Below are positions 48,453-59,595 of a DNA stretch of 64,000 bases, piece by piece. Made by a program: the position numbers and the translations under genes. Below the pieces are notes generated by a model. The model saw only the letters and a program-made list of their open reading frames with translations, was not told the origin of the DNA and did no database searches. The stretch's first letter is position 1. Every line of letters begins with the position of its first letter. This DNA is from a virus (Duplodnaviria > Caudoviricetes), in the IMG/VR virus record IMGVR_UViG_3300014205_000183; one strand, 5' to 3'.

Positions 48453-49636
48453 CGGTCACCCTTGAAGCAATTTTTAGGATTAAGTTGTGCGTAGTTAGGT
48501 GTTAATTTGCCTGTCCAGCCGTTGTAAGTTAAAGAAACAACTCTCCCAATCCAATCTTGCTTATTGATTAGTATCTCAGCGGCTGTAGCCATAGGCCCCT
48601 TCAAAGTAGCATCAAATACCTTACCCGCACCATCCATTTTATTACCATTCACATCATAGAGTTTACCTGCAATCATCTGCACTGTAATAACCTTGGCTTT
48701 ACCTGCCCAGTTACCTTCCCCTTCTTTAATATCCAGAATAAAGAATTCATCATCATCTTCAGGCTTCATTTTCAACAGCGCATTTGTCCGCTTGTGTTTG
48801 TACCCCACATTCATCCTGACAATAGCACCCTCGTACCCATCCTCCAGATATTCCTTATATATGGCTTCGATCTCAGCCTCATTATTAGCCCACCGATAGT
48901 CTGCTACCTGGTACATAGGAGGAGCATCTTTAAACAGTATCTTAAGAGCTTCACGGCGTTCCGCACAAGGCATATCTTCTGTAATCTCCTGTCCTGTTAC
49001 AGGATGAGTGAATCCGTAACCATCATATACGTAATATTTTACAATCTCAGCACTACGTCGTAACAGTTCCGGTGTGATGTTAACATATGTCCTAACGATA
49101 CTAACCAGTTCATTAAGCTCGTATCTCAGGTCATGGTTATAGAGTTCACCATCCACATAGAGTAAAGGAAATACTTTAAGTAATTTTTTATTCATTCCTT
49201 CAAAAATATGCGGAGCGGAAAGAATGTCCTCGCCGGTGCGCGTCCGTGGCCCTTCTTCAATAGTGATCTGTCGCATACCGTTATATTTCCGGTCCACCAT
49301 TACAGGATACACCACTTTATGCTTATGCTCCTTGAATTTGTTAGCCAACATAGGCTCATTAAACAAAACTATATCAATATCTGTCTGGTTCTCCCAGTAA
49401 CCCTTACTCTTCTTCTTCTTCTTCCACTGCGCTTCGGCATCCTTAAGCGCCTGCTCTTCAGCAGTAGTGGCGTTGGCTTTACCTATACTTTTTGGTTTGC
49501 AGGTAGTCCAGGCGCTGGTAGTCTTCTGACCTCCCTGCTGCCCTGTAATAGTGCGGTAATTAGCACCCTCAATTTCAATTTCCCATTCAAGAACTTTGCC
49601 AGTCTCAGCCCTGGCATATAAAATCGGTAGTTTCAT
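48449..49636 (-). CDS. lig: ATP-dependent DNA ligase
   Basis: EPMLA, KYNGMR (motif I), DGELY, YYVYD, EGAIVR, LLKMK. Confidence 0.9.
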   Translation of the reverse strand: MKLPILYARAETGKVLEWEIEIEGANYRTITGQQGGQKTTSAWTTCKPKSIGKANATTAEEQALKDAEAQWKKKKKSKGYWENQTDIDIVLFNEPMLANKFKEHKHKVVYPVMVDRKYNGMRQITIEEGPRTRTGEDILSAPHIFEGMNKKLLKVFPLLYVDGELYNHDLRYELNELVSIVRTYVNITPELLRRSAEIVKYYVYDGYGFTHPVTGQEITEDMPCAERREALKILFKDAPPMYQVADYRWANNEAEIEAIYKEYLEDGYEGAIVRMNVGYKHKRTNALLKMKPEDDDEFFILDIKEGEGNWAGKAKVITVQMIAGKLYDVNGNKMDGAGKVFDATLKGPMATAAEILINKQDWIGRVVSLTYNGWTGKLTPNYAQLNPKNCFKGDR

Positions 49637-49743
49637 TGTTCATCCTTTAGTAATATCCTCAGTTAATGCGAGGACAGTTTAATATATTCGATTTGTGATA
49701 AAGGCTATGATACCTATTATCCCACCTCTAAGCCCTTGATATT

Positions 49744-50412
49744 TCAAGCATCTTCGCCACTCCATCGAGAAGAGGCAGATATTCTTTCTTTATATGTGCT
49801 ATCACCTAAAACAGAAACCTCGGCATCCCCTGTCGCCCTTAAAAATAACTGCCTCGGTTGACATAATGAAGACCATCCCTTATGTTCATGTGCACAAAAA
49901 GAACCACGACAACCATTAAATTCATTAGTGTGCTGCAAGCAAAAAACATTCTCACAACCTCGTTCATGCCACATATCTGTAGTTATGGGATATTGCATAG
50001 GCTCTCTTAAGAGTAGTGCCGGCACAGATTTTGATAACACATCAAATGTAGGATTCTGATTTATTTTTTTAATCAGGCCTTTACAAGAAACACAGTAGGG
50101 TAAGCCCATTGGAGGTGCCGCTGTCTTACATAGTTTACACAACACATTATCTGTTTTTAAAGATGATTTTATTGTACTGTCATCCACAGTGTCTAAGTCT
50201 GCAATACTCCCAAGAGGTTCCCACCTAAGAAGGCTGGTAGATGAGCAATCTTTACATTCATCCACTATAATATCAACTTTAGTATCTACCTGCAAGGGTT
50301 CCTGCCTCCGGTCACATATGCGCTGTATATCAGCAATTCTGGTGTCTATATTTGCATGCTTTTGACAAGTAAGACAAGACCGAGCAGGCGTGTTTGGAGG
50401 ACTCTTGGCCAT
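49744..50412 (-). CDS. Cys-rich hypothetical protein
   Basis: Several CxxC pairs. Confidence 0.55.
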   Translation of the reverse strand: MAKSPPNTPARSCLTCQKHANIDTRIADIQRICDRRQEPLQVDTKVDIIVDECKDCSSTSLLRWEPLGSIADLDTVDDSTIKSSLKTDNVLCKLCKTAAPPMGLPYCVSCKGLIKKINQNPTFDVLSKSVPALLLREPMQYPITTDMWHERGCENVFCLQHTNEFNGCRGSFCAHEHKGWSSLCQPRQLFLRATGDAEVSVLGDSTYKERISASSRWSGEDA

Positions 50413-50527
50413 ATAAATGCTCTCTTTCTTTATTTAACACTATCTTTAACCACTGTAACCTAATAAAATTAAATATTAAAAAACAACAAAAAAATAAATA
50501 AACCACCTTCAGTGTGCTAATGAAAGT

Positions 50528-51244
50528 TTAAAACTCTTTCTCATCTACAAACTTCAACAGCTGCCCGGGACGCCCCCTCGTTGGGTGTGCGGGGTGTGAT
50601 AATACAGCTATTTGGAACCTCCGCATGATTTTACGACGAAAGTTAGTAGCGGTATATTCAACACCTGTAATCGTCGTGTAAGCATCCTGCAACTGTGTCC
50701 AGGTAAACCACTCAGGAAGCAATCTGAATATAACAGATGAATACCAGGCCTTACCGCGTAGTCTAGCAAGAAGGTCAGAGACAATCTTGGAATGGTCAAA
50801 CGCCAGGTCCATCTTTACCAATGTCATACTAAACCACTCCGCAGCGGCAGCATCATCGCCTGCTTTTGGTTTAATTCGTTGCAGAGAAGCGTGCGAGAGT
50901 AGCGCAAAGTAAGCGACTGTCACCACACGTTTACGCGGGTCCCTCCGCTTATCCCCGTAAGTACCCAGTTGTTCTAAGTATACTGTACCGCCTTGAATAG
51001 CAGTCTCCTCTAAAAGTTCACGAGAAGCAGCGTCATATAGCGTCTCATCCTTATCTACATCTAGGAAACCTCCGGGTAAAGCCCATTTACCTCTAAAGGG
51101 TGCTTCCCCACGCTTAATGAGTAACACCTGGAGAGTATTAGCATACAAACGGCAGATAGCAACATCAACAGTTACGGACGGATCTTTGTATATCTCTGGG
51201 CGGTAGTTTGAGAGGTCATCTTTTAATTTAGGGTGTTTTTTCAT
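50528..51244 (-). CDS. nrtR: NrtR: Nudix (ADP-ribose) domain plus wHTH regulator
   Basis: VTVD, WALPGGF...RELLEET, EQLGTYG..RDPR, LAFDH, FTWTQLQ..Y, NFRRK, GRP. Confidence 0.9.
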   Translation of the reverse strand: MKKHPKLKDDLSNYRPEIYKDPSVTVDVAICRLYANTLQVLLIKRGEAPFRGKWALPGGFLDVDKDETLYDAASRELLEETAIQGGTVYLEQLGTYGDKRRDPRKRVVTVAYFALLSHASLQRIKPKAGDDAAAAEWFSMTLVKMDLAFDHSKIVSDLLARLRGKAWYSSVIFRLLPEWFTWTQLQDAYTTITGVEYTATNFRRKIMRRFQIAVLSHPAHPTRGRPGQLLKFVDEKEF

Positions 51245-51252
51245 GTTATGCC

Positions 51253-51825
51253 TTACCGGTCATCATTTGCATGACCAAAAAAGAAAAAGCTGTCTCCCAC
51301 CGATACTTTGGCTGCATACATCTCAGCTAATGCGGTAACTGTGGTGGCTGGAGAAATTGCAGCAGTAAAATTAGAAGCTATATAGGTATTAATACCACGA
51401 TGTGCCAAACCTACAGCCGCAGCCTTGACACAATAATCAAATGCAACACCTACCAACATTACCGTCTCAATTCCCTCCTCTTTTAACCACGGTTCTAAAT
51501 TTTTGTTCCCGAACTGTGGGTCAAAAACATCGTAACACCTCTTAGTAAACACTACCTGATTATCGTCTAACTCTGGTGTGATGATAGATTTAGCGCCTTC
51601 GGTATTCATCATAGCATGTCTCGGGAAAGGACCGCCATTCTCTTGCATCTCAACCTCTGTGCCATCGTGCAGGTCACTAACAAAGAATGTTGGAATATCC
51701 TCATCGATTGCAGAGGAATATAACTTCCTGAGCGGAGTGATTAATTCCTTAGCTCCCTGAACATACAAGGCACCATCTTCTTTCATAAAGTCATTCAAAA
51801 CATCAATGAATCCAATAGCAATCAT
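51253..51825 (-). CDS. pncA: Nicotinamidase
   Basis: IDVLNDF, DLH, FPRH, K, VGVAFDYCV. Confidence 0.88.
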   Translation of the reverse strand: MIAIGFIDVLNDFMKEDGALYVQGAKELITPLRKLYSSAIDEDIPTFFVSDLHDGTEVEMQENGGPFPRHAMMNTEGAKSIITPELDDNQVVFTKRCYDVFDPQFGNKNLEPWLKEEGIETVMLVGVAFDYCVKAAAVGLAHRGINTYIASNFTAAISPATTVTALAEMYAAKVSVGDSFFFFGHANDDR

Positions 51826-51827
51826 AA

Positions 51828-52754
51828 TTAGCTCCCCTCTAAGTTAATACCAGCAAACAGATCAACACGGCTAAGATTACATGGGTCCTGCCGCTTGAAA
51901 TGAGTACGTTCGTAACGCTGCACAACTGGGTGTGTAGCGAGTGTGTCTCTATATTCTTTAAACGTATCGTAGTCCTCTGTTCGCCCCTCGTATTTCAGAT
52001 CAAGGCTATCCGTAAACATTAAATAATTATTCGTAAGCCAGGTCTTAAGGATCTTATCCACCTCTGTGTAACTCGAAGCACCAAGTTGTTCCAAATCTGA
52101 ATCGGTGATACCGAGACCATCTGTTGGTGTAGCAGTGATACATGCCGTAAGTGCCTTGGCTGCACATTTGTTGTTGGCATTCTCATTGGTCACCATCCAC
52201 TGTGCTAGGTCATAAACCTCCGTCTTCCACAAATTTTGAATGAGGCCATAATTCCCAACATCCCCATGCAGCGTCCAGAAACCCAAATACAATTCTGTCA
52301 ATACATCAGTCCCCAGAACCATACCGTTAAAATCAAACGCTTTGTCAAACAGCATAATCATACGAATACGCGCCTTGATATTACCAAAAGCAACACGAGT
52401 CTTTAGAGACTCCGAACTTAGCGTATTTGAATTCCGCAGACACGCTGATATAAGCGGAGTGACTAGGTCAGATATATCATAGTAATGATAAGAGTGACAA
52501 AACTCATGACCAATAGCAACAGAACGTACTTCCTCGTCAGCCTGATTAGACGATGTCGGTAGGTAGAACCCAATTAAAGGAATCTTTAGCTCATAACACA
52601 CCGGACTTGCAATAGCGGCTACTAATGCCGAGTCGATACCACCGGACACACCAAGTACTAGGGATTTCAAATTACAACCTACGACGTAATCCCGCAACTT
52701 ACTGCGCATATTGTTTAAAACGGGTTCCCAATTAAATCCTGACTTCATAATCAC
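51828..52754 (-). CDS. nadE: NH3-dependent NAD+ synthetase
   Basis: LGVSGGIDSA, GNIKARIRM, GFWTLHGD, KTEVY, PTDGL. Confidence 0.92.
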   Translation of the reverse strand: MIMKSGFNWEPVLNNMRSKLRDYVVGCNLKSLVLGVSGGIDSALVAAIASPVCYELKIPLIGFYLPTSSNQADEEVRSVAIGHEFCHSYHYYDISDLVTPLISACLRNSNTLSSESLKTRVAFGNIKARIRMIMLFDKAFDFNGMVLGTDVLTELYLGFWTLHGDVGNYGLIQNLWKTEVYDLAQWMVTNENANNKCAAKALTACITATPTDGLGITDSDLEQLGASSYTEVDKILKTWLTNNYLMFTDSLDLKYEGRTEDYDTFKEYRDTLATHPVVQRYERTHFKRQDPCNLSRVDLFAGINLEGS

Positions 52755-53953
52755 TCCTTATGGTTAGTTAATATTTTATACTGCTTATTTTTCTTGTCAA
52801 TAACCTTGTGTAGATATTGCGTATAAACACGGTCTCTACACATGGCCTTACCGGGACTATCCGATATCTTGGCCACTGGATGGCCATTACATTCTGTCAT
52901 CTTGACAACTATGTTCAGAGGTTTTGAACCTGGAAAATCATTATCCAAGTCAGTACCAATACCGAAAGCTGTTTTCATCCTATTGTCTACATAGTTATAT
53001 AGTTTGATAGCTTTTGGGAAGCTGAGGCCGTCAGTGAAAACCACAGTCTTGGTCTTAGGGTCAATACCCAATCTTTTATAATGCGCATATACCTTGTCAA
53101 ACCACACAAAAGGATCGCCGGAATCGTGGCGTACGCCATCAAACATCCTGGCATACAGGCTATTAAAATCCGCTAAAAAAGCATCAATACCCCATACATC
53201 AGAGAGCGCAATACCCAGATTACCTTGATACTCTTGCATCCAGGCGTCCAGCGCCCACTTCTGTGCATTTGGTAACCAGGTCATAGACTGAGCAGCCTGT
53301 AAAAGCTCATGCCCCATGGTGCCTTCGTACTTAATACCCAACTCTTTAGCAAACGCAACATTACTGGTACCTCTCAGTGCCTTGGTACGCTGCTTAGTGA
53401 GGATACGATCCAGGACCGTTCGCTGCCAGCGTTTAGAACGTCGTCTACGTGTACCAAACTCAGAGTAAGTAAACCCTGGATTCTCATCCGCAAGTTTTAT
53501 TTTGGCATCCAATGCGGCCAAAGCACCTGCGTAATTAGGCGCGGGGTCTACAGCATCGAAGTAACATTCATTGACAATAGCCAACGAAAATATCTCAAAC
53601 ATAGACTCTGAAATAATAGGACAGATGTCTGAGCCGAATTCAATCTTAAATGGACGCTTGGTCATCTTCACGTAACGCTCTGGTTGTAGTCTAAACCCAT
53701 ATAGAAAATCAATAAAGTCCGGTTTCAGGAAAGGAATGGTCTCCAGATAAGCGGCCTCGTCATCAGATAACCGTAGACCTTCTAATGAGTATATCTCTGA
53801 CCTCACCCTGTCATATACCTGAGATAAGTCCGCATCTGTATTTCTACCTTTAAACTCAGACTTAGCAGTCGCACCCGAAAATCGATGCATGTAACACTGC
53901 GCCATTGTCAGTTTGTAAAGGTCTTGATCGAGCATACTGGTTATGATTGGCAT
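52751..53953 (-). CDS. pncB: Nicotinate phosphoribosyltransferase
   Basis: DQDLYKLTM, EFGTRRR, GTSNV, GTMGHE, RHDSGDP, KISDSPGK. Confidence 0.93.
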   Translation of the reverse strand: MPIITSMLDQDLYKLTMAQCYMHRFSGATAKSEFKGRNTDADLSQVYDRVRSEIYSLEGLRLSDDEAAYLETIPFLKPDFIDFLYGFRLQPERYVKMTKRPFKIEFGSDICPIISESMFEIFSLAIVNECYFDAVDPAPNYAGALAALDAKIKLADENPGFTYSEFGTRRRRSKRWQRTVLDRILTKQRTKALRGTSNVAFAKELGIKYEGTMGHELLQAAQSMTWLPNAQKWALDAWMQEYQGNLGIALSDVWGIDAFLADFNSLYARMFDGVRHDSGDPFVWFDKVYAHYKRLGIDPKTKTVVFTDGLSFPKAIKLYNYVDNRMKTAFGIGTDLDNDFPGSKPLNIVVKMTECNGHPVAKISDSPGKAMCRDRVYTQYLHKVIDKKNKQYKILTNHKE

Positions 53954-53962
53954 AGATACTCC

Positions 53963-54843
53963 TTAACTTCCAAAGCGTTCAGATTGAGATTCACCAGCAC
54001 AACTGCCTCCTGGTTGGCAAGTGATATCACTCGATGAGTACTCGTTAAACCTACTCTTAGATTGTGGCGTATACCCACCTCTAATTTGAGGTGCACTTAT
54101 GTTTAGATTGACTTCCATGTCCCCAGGTAACCCCTTAAGAATCTCAATAGCTTCAGATGGTTTCATTAACAACTCCTTAATATTATTACTTTCTAATCTT
54201 TAAGATCCCAGTTTACGTAAGTATAACTGCACACTCTCTTGCAATGTAGGAGCTAAATTGTCCTTATCCTTATTCCAATGAACATCCGCCATCGTATGGT
54301 TCACCTGCTTAACCATATACATACCCGCATGCTCAGGTATTGCCACTCGACGAACAAAACGGTGCCCATGCCTCATTATATATTCATCTCCTGCTTTATA
54401 ATGCCGATCAGAAAATATTGAGATGGCTTCATTAGGAATACGGCGTATTGATAGGTTATGCTTCTCTATTGTATCAAAGATATCTGTGGCCTCCGCCAAT
54501 AACTCTTGCTCTGTAGCAACCATTGATTTCGTAATAGCATTCATTTAACAGCCCCTCATTTGCCCGACCCACCGCAAGCCAAGCAAGAAGCACCCAAAGT
54601 TAACCCATCTTCATTAGACGGAGCGATATCTCCAGAACCTAAACAAGTCGGGCAAATTCCATCCTCAACTTTGTGGATTGGGGTGTCTTTAGATTGAGCC
54701 GCTCTTTGCCCCGCATAGAAAGCAGAAGTCCAAATAATATCATCTGTTAAATCCTTAAATAGAGGCTTACGTCCTGTGATTGGATTAGGAGTATTCCTAA
54801 ACTTATGAATTAACTCACCGAGTGAATCAGCTATAATAATCAT
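53963..54843 (-). CDS. Three small hypothetical genes heading the NAD operon (53963-54172, 54200-54544, 54556-54843)
   Basis: Co-oriented, with RBSs. Confidence 0.5.
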
Positions 54844-54888
54844 TTCTTTTCTCTCCTTACCATTCTCATTTTAACTCCTTATTTTTGA

Positions 54889-54964
54889 TTATTATTACTT
54901 CGATAATAACAATATAGCACTTAAAATAACAAAAGTCAAATACTTTTTATCAAAATGATAATAA
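54889..54964 (-). promoter_or_regulatory. NAD operon promoter flanked by two 21-bp palindromes (candidate NrtR operators)
   Basis: TTGACT(54934-39)-17-TATATT; TTATTAT-N7-ATAATAA (54889-54909) and TTTTTAT-N7-ATAATAA (54944-54964). Confidence 0.6.
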
Positions 54965-54993
54965 TTACTAGTAAGATAAATAAAAACGTGAAT

Positions 54994-55662
54994 TTAATCT
55001 AAATCTGCATCCAATGGCTCAGATAAAGTGCTTTCAGGAGGGATGAGTGATACATCTCCGTCTGGGCGATTCATACGCAGCCGCCAGTAGCGATATTGTA
55101 ATGTCATAAGGATAGACATGGTCTGAGCGGAGGTTATCGGCTCTCTGTGCAGCTTAGGTGCCTGCTTAATAACCGTGGCCGCATACCAATCACTGTTACC
55201 CATGTGGATTAACCCTGCATATGCGGGTACTTCCGTATCTTTTAACATACCAGTAGGACATACGTACCAAAAATAATTAGGCCGAGACATGGCCATCCTG
55301 TTATCCGCCGTTAATTTACTTTTAGACATCCAATTAGTGTTACAGAGTAAGTCATGTTTTTGTAATTTAAGCTCCTGATCACGCAAACTACGAGAACCCT
55401 GTTCCAACACAATGTGCTTGGTGTATTTTTGAGCGTCAGCCTTAAAATCAGATCTGCTTATCTTAATCTCATATTCATGCACGTAGCCCGCTTTGGTAAG
55501 GCTCACCATGTCAGACTCCCACTCATACAAAGATATATTGGGTGCCATCTCATGGTGGCTCTTGCGTAATAAGTATCGATAGAGCTGCTCTTGAATACGC
55601 CGTTCAGAAGTAGAATTCTTAACTCGACTTGCAAATAAATCATCTGATTTTACTATCGTCAT
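54994..55662 (-). CDS. MmcB-like PD-(D/E)XK nuclease
   Basis: ESD...EYEIKISRSDFKAD, PNYFWYVCP, AGLI. Confidence 0.75.
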   Translation of the reverse strand: MTIVKSDDLFASRVKNSTSERRIQEQLYRYLLRKSHHEMAPNISLYEWESDMVSLTKAGYVHEYEIKISRSDFKADAQKYTKHIVLEQGSRSLRDQELKLQKHDLLCNTNWMSKSKLTADNRMAMSRPNYFWYVCPTGMLKDTEVPAYAGLIHMGNSDWYAATVIKQAPKLHREPITSAQTMSILMTLQYRYWRLRMNRPDGDVSLIPPESTLSEPLDADLD

Positions 55663-55670
55663 GCTACAGC

Positions 55671-57866
55671 TTAATCCTTACTTTTGTAATGTAAATATCT
55701 AACACATGCCTGCCGATGCTTCCCCGCAAACCACACGGAGGAACGCAGACAGATGTCACTGAACAAGTAGCGGCCGCACTCATGATTGATTGTACACCAA
55801 TGGTTGCAGCAACCCCGTGTAGTTCTCCAGGCTATCTTACGCCGATTGTGTGTACGAGCAGCAGAAACCATAATGCAAATCAATGCAAAGAAGAAGATAA
55901 ATGATATTATCCAAGCAGCGGATACCCAACAAATCATAGTATCTCCGCCCCGTCAGGAACAAATCCAACTTGATTACCCCACGCATCCACCTCAAACCAT
56001 CCTTCTTCTCGAGTAGATGTCTGGTTAGGTGCCGTGGCTACTAATTCCTTTGGAAAGGCATCTTTATGCCACGGGTCTAATCCGCGCTCCCATTTACCAT
56101 ATGTCCCGCCTGTTGGCGGATGGTCTTTATCCACCCTCATTGGTCACCCAGCCCATCCTCTACCTGCTTCCGTATACCCTTTTCATTATGCACCAGGTAA
56201 TCTCGAATAGCTGGAATGACATTTACATCTTCTTCAATTAACCATAGCAGGTAAGATGCTGGTATATCATCCAACGGTATACCCTTGTGCATACCAAACG
56301 TCATCCTCACTACATTATCTGCTTCAGAATTTGTGGTTGTGCTCATCGTCTTCCTCTTGAGGGATCTCGCCTACGGCAGACCCGGGTATTAAAGATGCTC
56401 GTCCGCAGGCTGCGACAAGGCGCAGGACGGGCTTTAAATTTAGGTAAGTTACTGACTAATGTCTGTGCTTTATGCTTATGCAAACGCGGCGGCACGGGCA
56501 CTCTGCGACGTTTTGGTGGATTGAGTTCTAACATGGGCGGTCCAGAAGTCGAAACAGCATCTCCAAAGACAGCATCATATCCTTCAAACCCAGAACCAAT
56601 TGTGCTGTTGCTGTAATCCGCAGTACCCGTGTAGCAGCCAAATAGCCCCGCATCAGATACAGGGTAGCCACTGGTAGTATCGTAGGCGGTACCTCTTATA
56701 GTATTGAAAGTGATAAAGGTATTGTTGCCCACCCTTGGCGATGTATCTACCATTATGATTTACCCTTTCGAATAAACAGACCTGTTAATGCCCGGCGCAG
56801 CCTCAATCTCCAGGGTAACTCCCGCGTTGTTGGAAACTTAATATGCAACACCCACTCGTGTAGTATAGCCGGAAATTGCGCAGGAACAGTCAGCGTGTTG
56901 TCATCTGAAAAATCGGAATCTGCTAGCATCATACTGGTATTAGGGTTAATCAACCATACATATCTACCTGAAGGATATACCTGCTTAACCCGGTAATATA
57001 CACGGTCACCTGGTTTAACGGAATGTCCATAAGGCATACCCCACAAATCAGTCATAGACTCAAATAGTACGTAATCATTAACCTGCAAAGTGGCAACAGA
57101 TAACTTTTTTAACATATTCTAGCTGTCTGCTGTAGTTTCAATCACATCATGTGGTAGGATTAATTCCCCCTCTGCCACCTCCGTGTACTCAGCATCTGGG
57201 TCAATATTATTATACTTGAAAAAGGAATCATCCAGGTTCATTCCTGCCGCCTCTTCGTGTGCTTCTCGGTTAGTCATGCTTCTTCCGCCACTATAGGTCT
57301 AACCTCAACAAACCATTTGCTCATACAGTCAGGTATTGAAGCGTCCTCTGCCGGGTCTGTCAATGCCACCCAAATAAACGCTACGGTGTGATCAGACAAC
57401 TCCATAACATCCAGCTCCCCATCCATAAGTTCACAATAAAAAATATCACCCGCGCGAAGCTGCTCAAATTTAACTTCTTTAATACCTACGCCCTCATGCG
57501 TAAACACAAAGGTCTTCTTAGAAATTTTAACTCTCTTGCTCATCCTAACCTCCTATTAGTGTGTGATCATCTAGTCACCAATTCAAAAAACGAACCCAGC
57601 GACTTCTTTTTCTTAACCGCAGGATACATCTTAAAACGAGTAAGTAAGTCACCAAGTAATATCGCAGAATCTTCTGCTTTGTCATTCAGTGTGCAAAACA
57701 ACTTGGGAGCGTTGGCATCCCATATTGAGTCCTCTATAAAGCAAGTCACTCTTATGTTGTATATTTTACCTCGGGTATACACTCCCTTAAGAGGCTTTAT
57801 ACATTTGGCTTTGAAAAATTCAGGCATATTTATCTTGATGGGAATAGAGCATATTTTCGCAGACAT
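55671..57866 (-). CDS. Run of small hypothetical genes (includes DUF3820-like 56137-56346)
   Basis: MTFGMHKG...IPASYLLWL in 56137-56346. Confidence 0.5.
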
Positions 57867-57876
57867 TTAAACCTCC

Positions 57877-58869
57877 TCAGTATGTAGTCATCAAATACGC
57901 CAGCTTGGCATTAATATCGTTACTAACTTGCCTCGTCATAATCTCATAAATCTTAACTAGGTTACGACCCGTGCGGCCATCAAAGCCTGCTACCGGAGCG
58001 TCGGTAATATGACGATGTTTAATCACCCTCTCGTATTCCGTAGGATTCAACATACCCCCAAAACCACAGTTAGGACATTGAAATATTGCGATACCTAACT
58101 CTCGGTCACGCGACACCATCTGTGTTAATAAATCAGGATCACAAGAATCTTCAGGAAACTCTCCATTGTCGTAGGCTCTATCAAACTTCCAGCGAGAAAA
58201 TAAGCTATCACACTTCTCACACGGTTTACGCCAACGTCGCCCAAAACTATTAATGTCAGGTCCGTGGTGTATGTGGTACAGTTGGTTAGCTGCTTGCGTA
58301 AATCGCTGTCCTGTATACACCATGCGATGCGCCAGTAATTCATAGTCGGCAGCATAGGTTAACGCCTCATCAAAACCATTAAGTATATAGAAGAAGGTCT
58401 TACGGTCAAATACAAATACTGGTCTTGATGTATGTGTTGTAATTCCTCCTAAATCGACTGTGTGCCTAAAACCATCATATGCTGTAGATAGTACGGTAGG
58501 TGCTTCAAAGACCGGCAGTTGCCAGTTCTTCATTAACCCCTCAGCTACCGTTTCCACAAACCCAGGCATAGGATAGTGTGTATCGCTTAAAAAAATAAAG
58601 CGTTCAGTCGGAGCCAGTAGCGCCAGGTTATTTTTAATTGAAAAATCACACCTCTTGGGAAAATCTATGTTGTGTACAAGGGGAACATGGTGAAATTGAA
58701 AAGTGCGTGCTTTCTTAATCCAAGACTGATGTTTATTTATGTGATGATTAGTGTCCATGGCTATGACAACAAAGTCATGGTAGGTCTGCTGGTCAAGCCA
58801 GTGTAATTGAGACTCCAAATAACCAGTTTTAAGAACGGGTATCAAAATTGTTAACATGCTCATCCCCAA
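57877..58869 (-). CDS. Divergent GT2 glycosyltransferase
   Basis: TILIP...QQTYHDFVVIAMD, KNNLA, NGFDE..DYEL. Confidence 0.7.
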   Translation of the reverse strand: MGMSMLTILIPVLKTGYLESQLHWLDQQTYHDFVVIAMDTNHHINKHQSWIKKARTFQFHHVPLVHNIDFPKRCDFSIKNNLALLAPTERFIFLSDTHYPMPGFVETVAEGLMKNWQLPVFEAPTVLSTAYDGFRHTVDLGGITTHTSRPVFVFDRKTFFYILNGFDEALTYAADYELLAHRMVYTGQRFTQAANQLYHIHHGPDINSFGRRWRKPCEKCDSLFSRWKFDRAYDNGEFPEDSCDPDLLTQMVSRDRELGIAIFQCPNCGFGGMLNPTEYERVIKHRHITDAPVAGFDGRTGRNLVKIYEIMTRQVSNDINAKLAYLMTTY

Positions 58870-58887
58870 TCACCTCAGCAATAATCT

Positions 58888-59595
58888 TTAGTAGTCTTCA
58901 ACAGTCGCAACAATTGCAGGTCTAAATATATCCTCATGAATCCCACTTCCAAAATCTATATCAATAGGTCGGTTAGATTTACAAAATGGACACTGGTCTG
59001 GTTTAAAAGTTTGTAAATCCAATTCAACTAGTGCCGAAATAGTAATCTCAGATGGCGGGGCGGCATCTTCGGATGCCAGGTATCTGAGAACACGTATACT
59101 GCCACGGTCACATATAGACACTGCCCCGCCAACTCTACCCCCTGCTCTATTAACCGCCTGAGCTAAAGCTACTAAGGTCTGACCTGTAGTGACAACAGCA
59201 TCTACCAGCAAAACCGTCTTATTTCTCACAAGATGCTGAAAGCCTCTGCGTAATGTTCGGTGAGTAGGGCTGTGTGGGTTCCTGTCCGCGAATGCAAACA
59301 ATACCTCTCCTCGGCGGTCCATTGATAAGTTATAAGCAATGTTTTGCCCTAACGCGATACCACTGGTAGCCGGAGCTACCACAATATCAAATATAGGACC
59401 AAAAGAATTGAGGGCGCAATCTGTAAGCATCACACAGACATCATCCAATTTCAAAGGGTGTGCGTAAAGGGCGTCTTTATTAATATAAAAATCACCATGT
59501 AAGCCACTATTGTACACATAGTGACCTCCATCATGGAATACTCCACACTCTTTAAGAATCTTTCGCGTTTTTGTTTGAGGGTCTATCATTGACAT
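58888..59595 (-). CDS. pyrE: Orotate phosphoribosyltransferase-like type I PRTase
   Basis: GHYVYNSGLHGDFYINK, PATSGI, VLLVDAVVTTG, CPFC tail. Confidence 0.75.
   Translation of the reverse strand: MSMIDPQTKTRKILKECGVFHDGGHYVYNSGLHGDFYINKDALYAHPLKLDDVCVMLTDCALNSFGPIFDIVVAPATSGIALGQNIAYNLSMDRRGEVLFAFADRNPHSPTHRTLRRGFQHLVRNKTVLLVDAVVTTGQTLVALAQAVNRAGGRVGGAVSICDRGSIRVLRYLASEDAAPPSEITISALVELDLQTFKPDQCPFCKSNRPIDIDFGSGIHEDIFRPAIVATVEDY

Noticed and set aside
52751-53953. Nampt of the known NARP2 pathway
   Set aside because: The motifs (DLYKLTM, GTMGHE, RHDSGDP) and linkage to pncA and nadE indicate the nicotinate enzyme PncB.
58888-59595. PRPP synthetase feeding the NAD pathway
   Set aside because: It is a single-domain PyrE-like PRTase, not the two-domain Prs fold.
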